This document shows, piece after piece, positions 1 through 11,284 of a DNA stretch of 18,966 nt. Every line of letters starts with the position of its first letter. Position 1 is the first letter of the stretch. The stretch spans positions 41,242,415-41,261,380 of the forward strand of contig JANKJI020000002.1 of the NCBI GenBank assembly GCA_024626585.2, read 5' to 3'. Source of the DNA: Ginkgo biloba (Eukaryota > Plantae > Ginkgophyta). The notes under the pieces are model-generated. The model had not been told where the DNA came from. It was given only the letters and a program-made list of their open reading frames with translations, and did no database searches. A program made the translations under genes and the position numbers.

Positions 1-477
1 TTGGCTCCCTTACAAATGCCCTTACATTTCAACTTGCTCATATTGATGGAGGAGAATGGGCAAGAACTTTACATTGAGTTTCAAAAGCAAAAGGTAGAAA
101 CATAGAGGATGCGATTCAAATGGGAGTTAGTAGTTGTGAAACATTTTGAGGTGGTGAGAGATGCTACACAACAAAACCGCAGAACCATTGCTCTTTTAGA
201 AACTATGGATTGATCAACAAATGGGACAACAAAACAAGCAACATTGAAGCAACAAAAAGTACAAGTGAAAGAACTTGAGGAGAAATTGCTTCAAGTGGGG
301 ATTTGGGAATAAACAACCAAGGTGTTTGAGGATAATTTTCCCAAGGGCTTTGGGGAAAAATGGGTTGTTATTGCAGGAGAGGAAAGTAAAGTATGAAGGG
401 ATCAACTTGTAGAAGAAATCCAAAAATGAGGGATTATGATTAAAAGAGATCAAACTTTACCTTTGAGATTGGGGAGA
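1..477 (+). pseudogene. Degenerate coiled-coil-like ORF remnant at the 3' internal end of an LTR retrotransposon, ending in a polypurine tract
   Basis: Frame +1 reads about 150 codons with scattered stops and is K/E/Q-rich (LKQQKVQVKELEEKLLQVG). It ends at GGGGAGA (471-477), directly before TGAAGA. No domain recognised. Confidence 0.3.
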
Positions 478-775
478 TGAAGATAGATGTTCATTGTGAA
501 ATAGGAGTAACCAAGGGTGAACGTGATTCATAAATGTGTTTTCGTAAGTAGTATTGGTTTGGACATAGTTGTGCGATTAGAATGATTGCGACAGTGGGAA
601 GTTAAGCTATTGCGATGATTGTATGAAGGGGTTCTCTTCTCCTATAAAGTCGCCGTCTCTTGGCCTAATTGACATCATCAATAAAGTCTTGCCTTGTATT
701 TATTGTGGAGATCTCTTGATATTTACTTTGTTCTAATTATAAGAGAATGGTGAGGCTTTTTGATCCTTAATTTCA
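478..775 (+). mobile_element. Probable short 3' LTR (~300 bp)
   Basis: Starts TGAA immediately after a PPT-like GGGGAGA and ends TTCA (772-775). Contains TATA-like CTATAAAG (~642-649) followed by AATAAA (~680). No partner LTR in the window. Confidence 0.45.
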
Positions 776-1211
776 AGAAACACAACAATCAAGGAACAAC
801 AAAAAACTTGTACTCTTATGTTGCGAATCATAAATATCTAGTCAAACAAGCAAGCTAGTTATGNNNNNNNNNNNNNNNNNNNNNNNNNNNGAAGAGTCCT
901 CAACAACTTCGAAATGTATAAGGGAAATAATTTCCTCTTTGGTTCTCATACAAGTTAATGCATTGGAGTAGGATTCTGGTAACGCTAAATGGATAATGTA
1001 GTTTTTTTTCTCTTTGGCATGGTAATTCTTATCTCAATGTTCGAGTTCGTGTAAGAGGAAGGCTTATGAAATATGAATGTATAGTAGGAGTCTCTTAATT
1101 ATGCATCTTTANNNNNNNNNNNNNNNNNNNNNNNNNNNNNNNNNNNNNNNNNNNNNNNNNNNNNNNNNNNNNNNNNNNNNNNNNNNNNNNNNNNNNNNNN
1201 NNNNNNNNNNN

Positions 1212-1274
1212 GGGATGTCTAACGAATGACATGTACAGTCTAGGGAACAACCAATGGGATGTTCAACGAATGAC
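1212..1274. repeat. Short direct repeat, 2 x 19 bp, 44-bp period
   Basis: GGGATGTCTAACGAATGAC (1212-1230) vs GGGATGTTCAACGAATGAC (1256-1274), 17/19 identical. Truncated by a gap on the left. Confidence 0.6.
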
Positions 1275-1492
1275 TTTCTGTTGCATCTTGCTCAGGGTTA
1301 CAATCCTTTATCAACAACTGGGAATCATAACATAGGTCCATGGCCTAGGGTGGTGAGCAATCGAACACCGTCAAGTTCATGAAGAAGATTCAACAGATCC
1401 ACCGACAAGTGAAAGAGCAATTANNNNNNNNNNNNNNNNNNNNNNNNNNNNNNNNNNNNNNNNNNNNNNNNNNNNNNNNNNNNNNNNNNNNN

Positions 1493-1665
1493 GGAACATG
1501 CTCTGGTTGCACCTCGATAAGCAACAACTATAGGGTCTAGGAAAGACGTTGAAACACATTAGGTATGGTATGTTCAAGATCATGCAATAAGTGGGTGAGA
1601 ATGCTTTTCGACTGGATCTGCAAGCTTACATGAGGATCTACTCCATTGTCAAATCGAAGAATCTT
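1493..1665 (+). pseudogene. Ty3/gypsy integrase C-terminal (GPY/F region) fragment
   Basis: Translates NMLWLHLDKQQL*GLGKTLKHIRYGMFKIMQ*VGENAFRLDLQAYMRIYSIVKSKNL, matching the xVWL...KLxPxxxGPFxI...NAY/FRLxLP...V.NV..L pattern. Two stops. Confidence 0.85.
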
Positions 1666-4195
1666 CCACTTGTGTCATGTTTCCCTCTCAACAAGTTCCT
1701 TTAAGATAACCAACTTTCACCTATAAACTTGGTGATTTCTTCCTCATAGAAACATTTTCTTCAGCTACGGTTTGTAATAAATGGTTTCAAGAGTTCTTCA
1801 TTTCTGGGACATGGTTCAACATTCAAACACAATAAACACAATTATGACATCAGATCACAGGTTTTTTGTTTACATCAATGATTTAGAAGTTCTAGTGCTT
1901 TGGGATGAGAGTTCTGCATGCCAAGGTTTTCCTGAAGCTTTGTGTTTGGATGAGAATCTATAGGTGATGCTCCTACCCTGTACAAGCACAACAGACACTT
2001 GCCTGGAACATCCTCCCAATGCATCCCTGTGCTTGCATCTGTCACAATAGTTCATGCACAAATGGACCTTGATTGCAAGATTTCCTGGTCCCTCAATAGA
2101 GGCCCTTTTCTTGCTTGCTTCCTATTACATGAAGTTTGTGAGGTAAGAATTGATGATAAGGTGGCTGAGTTTGCCTCCTGGATACAAGTGGGAGTAGAAA
2201 CTCAATACATAGATTGTAAAGAGTAAATTTGGCTTGAAATACCAAGAGTGGATTTGCACAGGTTCCATGCTTGTAACGAACCTGAACTTGTAGAACATAC
2301 ACTCAACCCGCACCCTTTAAAGCATTAGGCTTTAGTTTAGGGTATGATTTTTCATCCAATGGAAAAAGAGGTGCAGGACTATTAGCTAGGTGTTAAGGAT
2401 GGGTTCAGGCCGCATCTACTATTTTTGACCAATGGAACACAAGTTACAACCCATGGGACCATGGACAAGGTTGCCAGTGAGACAACCAATCACATCCGGT
2501 AGCCTTTCACTCTGAATTCCACCCAATGCAACCTTCCTTAATTGATGTAGACATCACCCAACAATTCATATTCAAAGAGCACCAAGGCAAAGTCAAAGGT
2601 CCCTTTTTAAGCATAAGGTAACTCCTTTCCATGATACGATTGTTACATCCTTCTTCCATCCATAGGAGAATTATGTCAGTGCCAGCCATGGGTATAGTCT
2701 ATTGGGTTTAAACAACTACCTTATCATGCTTCATGCCACAAGTGCGACATGATACTCCTCTTGTATGCCTATTAATTGTTACAACCATATGGCAGAAAAA
2801 TGGATACTTGGGCCAACCTTAATGATCTTAGCCTCCACATGTTAGTATAATTGGTAAGCAACTAGCCTTATATAAGTCATAAAACTATGTATATATTTGG
2901 GTAGCAAGAAGCCCATTCCTAGTTTTAGTTTTGCAATTATGTTGTCTTTTACTTTAGTTAGGAACTGAGTTTGTCAACGATTTAAGTTAGGGGTTGTTTT
3001 TAGTGTTTTTTTATATTTGAAATGAAAAAGAATGGGGACAACCAACCTCACATGTGGGTATGGAGAGGTAGGAATTAGTAATTTCCATTTCTACATGGTA
3101 TGAAACATACAAATACCTATGAACCCCATATGATTGTCGCTCTTAGTAGTTTCGCTTATAACTCCAATAAAAGTAGTATAGATAATCAAGAAAAAGTGAA
3201 GGAAAACCTAGGATATCAATGATTGGGGCAATGGCATGCTAGTGCCTATCTCAAACTTTTATGTAAGGTCATAAGCCTCTTTTGACCCCTCTTTCCTGGT
3301 CTGTGACATCTCTCCCCACCGCCTGGAGATCNNNNNNNNNNNNNNNNNNNNNNNNNNNNNNNNNNNNNNNNNNNNNNNNNNNNNNNNNNNNNNNNNNNNN
3401 NNNNNNNNNNNNNNNNNNNNNNNNNNNNNNNCGGCCTATAGGATAGCTTTTTAGCTGTTCATGTTTAATGATATTTTGATGGTTTTTGCATAGGGAAGTG
3501 TGCACTTTACTTATATGTTTTTGCCGTGAATTCTCTAAGTATTGCAACATGTTTGGGTAGTTTTTAGAGGTGTTTCATGGTTGTTTTAGGACTGATACCA
3601 GTTGGGTATTACTCTAACATGATGGTTGTTCTATGGCTTATTAGTGGTGCAACTTCGTACTTTCATGATTGATAAAAATCTAAGTTTTGGGAGTGAGAAC
3701 TTGATTTGATTAGTGGTTGTAATTATGACTGCTTGCAGCTGATATGCATGTATTTATAATCATATTTTGTGTGCTAAGATGCTGAGAGTTAANNNNNNNN
3801 NNNNNNNNNNNNNNNNNNNNNNNNNNNNNNNNNNNNNNNNNNNNNNNNNNNNNNNAGATTCAAGTCTAAAATTTTTGTTGCGTGCTTGAAGTCTTTATGA
3901 TGTTTTCTCTCATGTTTTAGCCAAAGTAAATGATATGCTTGAATGATTAAGTTATGCTTGGATTTATCAAGGTTGAGATATCATTGTCAATGCCATTTCA
4001 ACATCTATGTCATATTGTTTGTATTAATTTATGTAGATAAAATTTAGAGAGTTTCTAATAATTTATCTATAATTTAAAAACCTGCATAAATGCTAGGGTT
4101 TTGGAATATTCACAAAAGCAAGAGACTTAGTCAAATGCTTTGATTGAAGATGTTAAATCAGTCTATGGAAGCAAGCAACTTGCTCAGCCCAAAAA

Positions 4196-4868
4196 TGTAA
4201 CACTGCTACAAAACCGTAATCTAGGTTCAACTCTACTTTAGAATTGATATGCAACCCTAGTAGAAGCTTTGTGTCACTTGTCTTAGCCAAAAAGAGCCTC
4301 ATATAATGTTGTTTATCCAAAAACTCCTTAGAATGAGATGCCTTGCCGAGAATGCAATGTCTAAGTACTCGTATGTAGAAAATCCTTCAAGTGAGACATC
4401 ACCTTCTGGAATTAGCTCAACAGTGTGCGAAAAAGAGATACAGAGTGGAATGCCCCACTATGCAGCAAGAAATCATAAAAAGAATAGAAGATAGAGAAAG
4501 GGATGACAACGTCTTATGCTAGATGATCAGAATTGAAGATAGAAGGTTGCTTAAGTGCTTGCATCCTCTGCATGTAGAGGAAAAACTAGGCTAAACCCCT
4601 CTGTAGGAAAGCTAGAGTTGTCCATGGTGATGCCCTATCCTCAAGTGGTCTTCTATGGAGCTGTTGGTCACATGTTATCACCCCCTTGGAGATGCCCTGC
4701 TATGGGTTAATGCTAAGGCCCATTCTTTTCCCTTTTTTCTCTCTCCTTATTACTTCTCTTGGTGATTTAGTCAATACCTATAAGACATAAGTGTCGACTT
4801 CACAATTAAACTTACATTCTTTCTTTCTTTTCGAGATGAGATTTTCTTAGATTTGCTAAGATGTAACA
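4196..4868 (-). mobile_element. Probable 3' LTR of the chromovirus copy at 4869-5510
   Basis: On the minus strand TGTTACA (4868-4862) follows the PPT and chromodomain directly. A second TGTTACA (4202-4196) gives a TG...CA terminus about 673 bp away. The distal boundary is inferred. Confidence 0.5.
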
Positions 4869-4883
4869 TATTTCCCTGTCCTA
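4869..4883 (-). other. Polypurine tract (degenerate)
   Basis: Minus strand reads AGGACAGGGAAATA|TGTTACA. The pol frame runs ...GDTDLHRTGKYVT into the LTR, like the chromovirus 'EDK..L.GGG.VT' ending. Confidence 0.55.
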
Positions 4884-5510
4884 TGAAGATCTGTGTCCCC
4901 AATGAGATCAGCTTCCCTTCCACAAGTTGTTGACTCCCATGCGACTACTTCAATTGGCTTATTTGACGATTCCACCACATATTTTGTAATATCTTTATTC
5001 ACAACCTCCTTCTAGTTCTTTCGTCCAATATGGCACTTGGATCAAGCACCTCTTGCTCAACAACCTGTACATCAACAAAGATAGGTAACACATTATCATC
5101 TCTAAAGAGGGCTTTCTTTAAAAAACTGACATGAAAAACTAGGTGTATTTTCACATGTATAAACTGAAGTCTATAGGTTGCTTCATTGATCTTCTTGAAC
5201 ACTTAGAATGGTCCACAATACCTAGATGAAAGCTTAGCACACTGTCCTATAGATAAGGAATTGTTTGGCTTCACACTTGGATACACCATACCTCCCACCT
5301 CAAAGGATCTCGGTGATCTCTGCTAATTTGCATACAACTTAGAATGTGATTGTACTCTCTCTATTCATTCGGCATTCCCTTAGCTCTTCTTGCATCCACT
5401 CGAGCATCTCTAAAGAAACTTGGGTTTTCCTCTTCGAATTTGCCCATTCAATATCTAAAGGAATCAAAGGCTCCTAACCATACATTAAAGACATCTCTAC
5501 CTATGACTAG
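4869..5510 (-). pseudogene. Ty3/gypsy chromovirus integrase C-terminus plus chromodomain (copy 1)
   Basis: GQCAKLSSRYCGPF*VFKKINEATYRLQ...KIHLVFHVSFLKK, then LDPSAILDERTRR and, after a frameshift, NKDITKYVVESSNKPIEVVAWE (chromodomain YLVxW...ATWE). Confidence 0.9.
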
Positions 5511-6030
5511 TTCATTTCCAAGTTTCTTAATGAAACCACTGGTATGTCATTAATTGTCAACCCAGTTCTACAATTTTACAAGCAACAATAAAAGAAAACA
5601 GAATTTCAACTAACAAGAACTAAATTACAAGAAATTGAACAATTGAACAAGAACAAAGAGAAAAGACGACAAATGAAAATAAACAAAACTAGCTATGACG
5701 CCACAACCCTGGTGCTGGGTGGGGATCCTTCCATCTAGTGCTCAAATGAGTCAGCCAGGACTGGTTTCAAAATACAGTCGTTCCTTGGAAAAATTGGCTA
5801 TATCTTTTATCAGAACCAATGTTTTTATACATCACATCTTGATAGTTCCAAAAGCAATTCCATAACTGACAACCAATGACTTAATTACTGCTACCCTTAA
5901 GTTAAGATGAAGGTGCCCAAAGGCTGCTCTTAACAGAGGTTGAGGATAGCTTACATTTGACTATTTTTTAATACAAACAATTACTCTCAATCATGTTGAG
6001 GACAACTAGACTACCTTCAATCAGAACTGA

Positions 6031-6407
6031 AGGCAACATTACAAAAATAAGATCCCTTTTTAGTACAAGTGATACTAATTTAGAACAAGGATGGGTCCTT
6101 TTGCATGTGCATTGATTATAGGGAACTCAACAAGATCACAATAAAGAACAAGTTCCTCATTCCAGTGATTGATGAGCTTCTGGACGAATTACATGGAGCA
6201 ACCATATTTACCCGCTTGGATCTATGGTTTGGCATCATTAGATCGGAATAAAAGTGGAGGATATTCACAAGACAACATTCAAAACTCATGAAGGCCATTA
6301 TGAGTTCTTAGTAATGCTTTTCGGGATCACCAATGCTCCTGCAAAATTCCAAGGTTTGATGAATAGAATATTCAAGCCATACTTAAGGAAATTTATCCTT
6401 GTCTTCT
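6031..6407 (+). pseudogene. Ty3/gypsy reverse transcriptase fragment
   Basis: [46 protein letters not shown], frameshift, then [50 protein letters not shown]. Truncated just before the catalytic DD. Confidence 0.93.
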
Positions 6408-6652
6408 GACGCGGGGTAGGGTTTGTGTGTGTGGCCTGATGTCGGGTAAGGTGTTGGTTGGTCGGCGTGCGGAGCCTCGTCGGTTGCCAACGATCGTCGG
6501 TGGTCACTGCTCCGCTTGGAGTCGGAATTCCCCCGATCGACGCTGGCTTCCAAACAAACTTTCTTCTCAGTACGCCGCCACCACCCTGCCTTGTAGGATC
6601 TTTCAGCTGCTAATGAGGAGCTATTGATGTAGCTCGCTCAAAGGGTTAATAA
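6408..6652. other. GC/CpG-rich segment abutting the truncated RT, origin unknown
   Basis: Abrupt compositional switch: about 19 CpG in about 235 bp against a CpG-poor background. Runs into an N-gap. Confidence 0.6.
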
Positions 6653-6752
6653 NNNNNNNNNNNNNNNNNNNNNNNNNNNNNNNNNNNNNNNNNNNNNNNN
6701 NNNNNNNNNNNNNNNNNNNNNNNNNNNNNNNNNNNNNNNNNNNNNNNNNNNN

Positions 6753-7531
6753 AAATAATTGACATGGGCCGATAACTGCAATTTGTAAACCACTTCATTA
6801 ATTTTCTTCTACACTCGAAAATGGCCGCAATATTGAGGTGACAACTTAGCACATTGTTTCTTCAAGAATGAGCTATTTGGCTTGACTCCAAGATACACCA
6901 TTTCCCAATTCAAAACTCCTTGGTCACATATGTTGATCTGCATACAACTTAACACAAGACTGTTCTCTCTCAATATTCCTTTGACACTCCCTTAATTTTT
7001 CATGCACCTTCTCAAGCATCTCAAAGGAAAACTTGGGTCTTTCTCTTGGAATTCTTGAAATAAATCTCTAAAGGAATTAAGGGATCATAACCACACATAA
7101 CCTTAAAATTAATTACACCTATAGTCAAATGTCTACTATTGTATCTCTCCTCCTAACTAGTCTATCTAGATACAACATGAGATATAATTATATCCTCTAT
7201 GATCTACTTGACTATCTATATCTATAAGTCCAACTTCGTCCCTAATTTACGAAATAACTTTTTCCATACATAAATAGTGAGATTTGAATCCTAATTACTC
7301 ATAATGTTATTAATAACCCCATACTTAGTAAAGATATCTATTATTAGTATCTCAACTATATCTTTATCGTTGTTGGTCATGTTACATGGAATAAACCTTG
7401 GTATCTTTGTGAGACAATCTATGACAACCAATATTTGATCATGCTTCCACTATGTTCTCAATAGGGACATCACAAACTCAATAGAAATATTCTCCCACTT
7501 GCCTTCAAGAATAGGCAATGGCATCAACAAT
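6753..7531 (-). pseudogene. Ty3/gypsy integrase core to GPF region (copy 2, same family as copies 1 and 3)
   Basis: LLMPLPILEGKWENISIEFV...HDQILVVIDCLTK at the 7531 end and QCAKLSPQYCGHFRV*KKINEVVYKLQL at the 6753 end. DNA is colinear with ~8770-9590. Many stops and indels. Confidence 0.88.
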
Positions 7532-8543
7532 TAGTTAATAGGAGATTTAGACTTGACAAAATAAGAAATAAATTTATAAAATATATGTTAATTGGAGTCG
7601 AATGATGTGGCTGTTAATAGAGTAAAATACCTAGAGGACCTAGATGATGTGGTGAATGCTTGGTGATATGGGAATGAATTAATTATATAACAAATATGAT
7701 GACATGGTAGCAAGATGTCAATGGTCAAGTTGGTCAACTAGTCAACCTCAATTAATTGGTCAAACCTACAAAATAAATTGGTCAAACCATAAGTTATGAA
7801 ATTAACAAACAAAAAGTATAAGGGTGATATCATATAACATTATTGAAGGTTGACATAACTTCTTACAAGATGCATTTAATGCTCCCTTAAAAGTCAAAAT
7901 TATTGCAAGTCAAACTACAACTAATAATGAAGTACAAACCTATAATTAATATTCTACATCAACCAAATTGATAAATTCAAACTATGTCAAATTTGTATTA
8001 AATAACTTACTTTTAATGCTAAGTAGACCACATTTATGACAAGTATAAAGGATGATGTCAACCCATTAAGTTGCATTAAATGAAGGTAACAAGTCACCTT
8101 AAAGGACATCAATGGCACATTAATTGTTGTAATAGAGGTGCATTAATAATTCTAATAAAGGTGGAAATGTAGTCATAAAGGAAAGGGCATGTATAATAAA
8201 TGAAAAGTCAAAAGATGTAAGGTTATGACATTTGACTTGAAAAGTCATATCATTTGTATTTATGAAGAGAGAGAATGTATAAATAGGAGAGAGAATAAGT
8301 TCAAATGTGAGAGTTGAGTAGAAGATCCTAGGGGTTTAGAGTGAGAGGCCATTCAATGTTTTTTTATCTATGTACTACGATTTATGAATTAATAAATGAG
8401 AATTGTACCTCAATTAATGTGNNNNNNNNNNNNNNNNNNNNNNNNNNNNNNNNNATAATTAGTGCATGTTGTAGTCTTCATAAATGACTGTTAATCCACT
8501 ACTGATAGTGGGCTCCATGTCGAGGGGCCATTATTACCCAACA
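7532..8543 (+). mobile_element. LTR-like insertion (~1 kb) between integrase copies 2 and 3
   Basis: AT-rich non-coding block with TATAAATA (8278-8285), downstream AATAAA (~8391) and a CCCAACA end. Integrase homology stops at ~7531 and chromodomain sequence resumes at 8544. The 3' part recurs at 15851-16077. Left boundary uncertain; no TSD. Confidence 0.6.
7716..7785. promoter_or_regulatory. Cluster of W-box-like (TTGACY) motifs in putative LTR U3
   Basis: RGTCAA at 7723, 7732, 7740, 7758 and 7780, including a repeated AATTGGTCAAACC. Function not shown. Confidence 0.35.
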
Positions 8544-9860
8544 CTGATCCTCGAGTAGTTTCTTCAATTGGTTCATTTGACCATTCCACCAAGATATTAT
8601 GTAATATCTCTATTTTGTAGCCTTCGAGTTCATTCAACCAATATGGCAATTGGTTCATGCACCTTTTGCTCAACCTTCTGTACATCAAGAAAGGTAGGTA
8701 ACACATTATTATATCTAGAAAGAGATTTCTTTAAAAAACTGACATAAAAAATAGTGTGCATTTTCACATGTGCTCGCAATTGAAGTCTATAGATTGCTTC
8801 AATATTCTTTTATAACAATGGAATCGTCCATGATACCAAAATGAGAGATTAGCACATCGTCCTATAGACAAGGATATGTTTGGCTTCACTTTGAGATACA
8901 CCATATCTACCACCTCCAAGGATCTTGGCAATCTAAGTTGATTTGCATGGAATTTAGCACGTGATTGGATTATCACAATGTTCTTTTGGCATTTCCTTAT
9001 CTCTTCTTGAATTTGTTCAAGCATTTCTGAAGAACCTTGGGGATTTTCCCCTTAAAATTTCTTGAATCAATATCAAAGGGAATCAAAGGATCATAACCAT
9101 ACATTGCCTTGAAAGGCGTCACACCTACGATGGAATGCTTACTGTTATTGTTTGCAAATTCCTCAATTGGAAGCTTATCCTCCCAACTAGTTTGCTAAGT
9201 TGCTATATGAGATCTCAACATGTATTCAACTATTTGATTAACCTTCTCAATTTGATCATTTGTTTGAGGGTTATTGTCACTATTTAATCCTTGTTTTGTG
9301 CCCAATGCATGAATAACTCTCTCCATAGTTGGTTCGTGAATTGGTGTTTCGATCTCTTACAATGCTCTTTAGTCCCCCAAATCTAGTGAAGACTTCTACT
9401 GTAAAGTTTTCTTCTATTTCCTTTCTTTTTAAGTCATTCAACATGGGATGAATCTTGCCATCTTTGTGAATTGATCCACTACCATGAAAGTCTGATCATG
9501 CTACCATAGTGTTCTAGGTAGAGATGTCATAAAATCTATGGAAATACTCTCCCACTTGCCCATAGGAATGGGCAATGGCATTAGCAATCTTGTAGGTTGA
9601 TCTCTTTCACTTTGCTTACTTGACATAGCTTGCATGTCTTCACATAGTTGGCTATCTCCTTCTTCATATCCTTCTAATAACACACTTCTTGGTGGCTTCA
9701 TAAATCTTATCCCTATCCACATGGCTAGCAATTAGACTATCATGCAACTTGTATAAAATCTTGTACTTCAACTGGACAACATTAGGGATGGATGTATTAT
9801 CTCCATACCAAAGAATACCATCCTTGAACTACAAATTTTGGAGATGCTCCACGTCTTCCA
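8544..9860 (-). pseudogene. Integrase (HHCC region, core, GPF) plus chromodomain
   Basis: HDSLIASHV; LLMPLPIPMGKWESISIDFMTSLPRT; DMVYLKVKPNISLSIGRCANLS; RRLQNRDIT*YL/VEWSNEPIEETT. Confidence 0.92.
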
Positions 9861-9961
9861 AGGCNNNNNNNNNNNNNNNNNNNNNNNNNNNNNNNNNNNN
9901 NNNNNNNNNNNNNNNNNNNNNNNNNNNNNNNNNNNNNNNNNNNNNNNNNNNNNNNNNNNNN

Positions 9962-10390
9962 GTCGCATTTTGGGCAAGGCATCGACCACAATATTCTCCT
10001 TCCCTGTTCAATGGGTCATCTTGTGCCTATAGTCCTTGAAGATCATGGTCCACCTATACTGTCTCGGTCCAAACTCAACTTGTAGAGGAAAGGACAATAA
10101 TGGCTTATGGTTAATCACCACCTCCGACTTGTTCTTCAAGTAGTGCTTCCATATCTCGATAGCATGAATGATGGCCAAAAGTTCTTTATCACAAATATGC
10201 TAACTTTGCTCAGTTTTATTCTTCTTGCGACTTTCCTAAGCCACCACTTTACCATCTTGATTCGAAACAAGTCCAATGGCAAACACCACTTGCATCAGTG
10301 TATATAGTAAAGGGATTTGCTACATCTAGTAGCATCAATGTTGGTGCCTCGGTCAATTTCTTCTTCAAAATCTCAAAGCTTGCTTGTTAC
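9962..10390 (-). pseudogene. RNase H (Ty3-type)
   Basis: TEAPTL...PFTIYTDASG; DKELLAIIHAIEIWKHYL; INHKPL; GKENIVVDAL. Confidence 0.9.
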
Positions 10391-11184
10391 TTATCAGTCC
10401 ACTTGAATCTATTGGACTTCTTGAGCAATTTTATTAAAGGAGCTTCCAACATAGAGAAATTAAGTACAAATATGCTATAAAAACATGCTAATCCAAGAAA
10501 GCTCCTTATCTCGTGAACTCTCACCAGAAGTTTCCACTTACAAACCACCTTGCCCTTCTTTGAATGAACTGCTATGCCAACTGCCAAGACAATGTGACCT
10601 AAATACTCTATTGTCTCTTGGTAGAAGTCATGATTTGATAACATAGCATATAATTTCTATTTCCTTAGGACATTTAAAACCAAGCAAAGATGCTCTTAAT
10701 GGTCTTCCTTACTTTTGCTAAAAATCATGATGACAAGGTGGTAAAGTGGAGAATACAAAGAAGACAATTGAGAACTTCCCCAAATAAGGCTTTAGGAGCA
10801 AAATCAAATACCTAGAATGGGCATCCCTAGTGGTGAATATTGTTTTCTCCACACCCTTAGGATGACTTTGGATCTGTTGGTAGCCACTTTGCAAATCAAT
10901 CTTAGAGAAAATTTTGGCTCCCTTCTTAGTGTCGAAACCATCATTGATCTTGGGATTAGGATACTTATCTTTTATGGTTACTTTATTTAAGGCTTGGTAG
11001 TTCACACACATCCTCATGGACATATCCTTCTTCTTCACAAGTGAAACTAGTGCACCATATGGAGACTTCGAGGGCCTAATAAACCCTTGATCCAATAGTT
11101 CTTGAATTTGCTTCTCCAACTCTTCCTTCTCTAGGAACCTATATGTTGGCCTTGATCCTTCTTCCAACTTTATTTGGTGGTCTA
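10391..11184 (-). pseudogene. Reverse transcriptase (Ty3/gypsy), inactive
   Basis: ELEKQIQELLDQGFIRPSKSPYGALVSLVKKKDMSMRMCVNYQALNKVTIKDKYP...IFSKIDLQSGYQQI; EYLGHIV; EIRSFLGLACFY. The MPFGLTNAP block is deleted and the FFDD motif is disrupted. Confidence 0.95.
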
Positions 11185-11284
11185 NNNNNNNNNNNNNNNN
11201 NNNNNNNNNNNNNNNNNNNNNNNNNNNNNNNNNNNNNNNNNNNNNNNNNNNNNNNNNNNNNNNNNNNNNNNNNNNNNNNNNNNN

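Larger units (their letters stand above)
8544..11184 (-). mobile_element. Degenerate Ty3/gypsy chromovirus pol (RT-RNaseH-integrase-chromodomain), copy 3
   Basis: Domain order RT>RH>INT>CHD is diagnostic for Ty3/gypsy chromoviruses. Numerous stops, frameshifts and deletions; internal gap 9865-9961. Confidence 0.95.

Noticed and set aside
559-591. LDIVVRLE*LR resembling the aspartic protease DVILGMDWL motif
   Set aside because: No upstream D(S/T)GA motif, and it lies inside a segment better explained as an LTR.
3592-3600. CTGATACCA (minus-strand TGGTATCAG), PBS-like
   Set aside because: Only 9 nt match, with no gag downstream and no definable LTR.
5555-6004. Possible LTR (TGTCAAC...GGACA) between integrase copy 1 and the + strand RT
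   Set aside because: Poor terminal repeats, no TSD, no second copy.
6427-6627. 66-aa ORF in the GC-rich segment
   Set aside because: Expected by chance at high GC, with a non-ATG start and no motifs.
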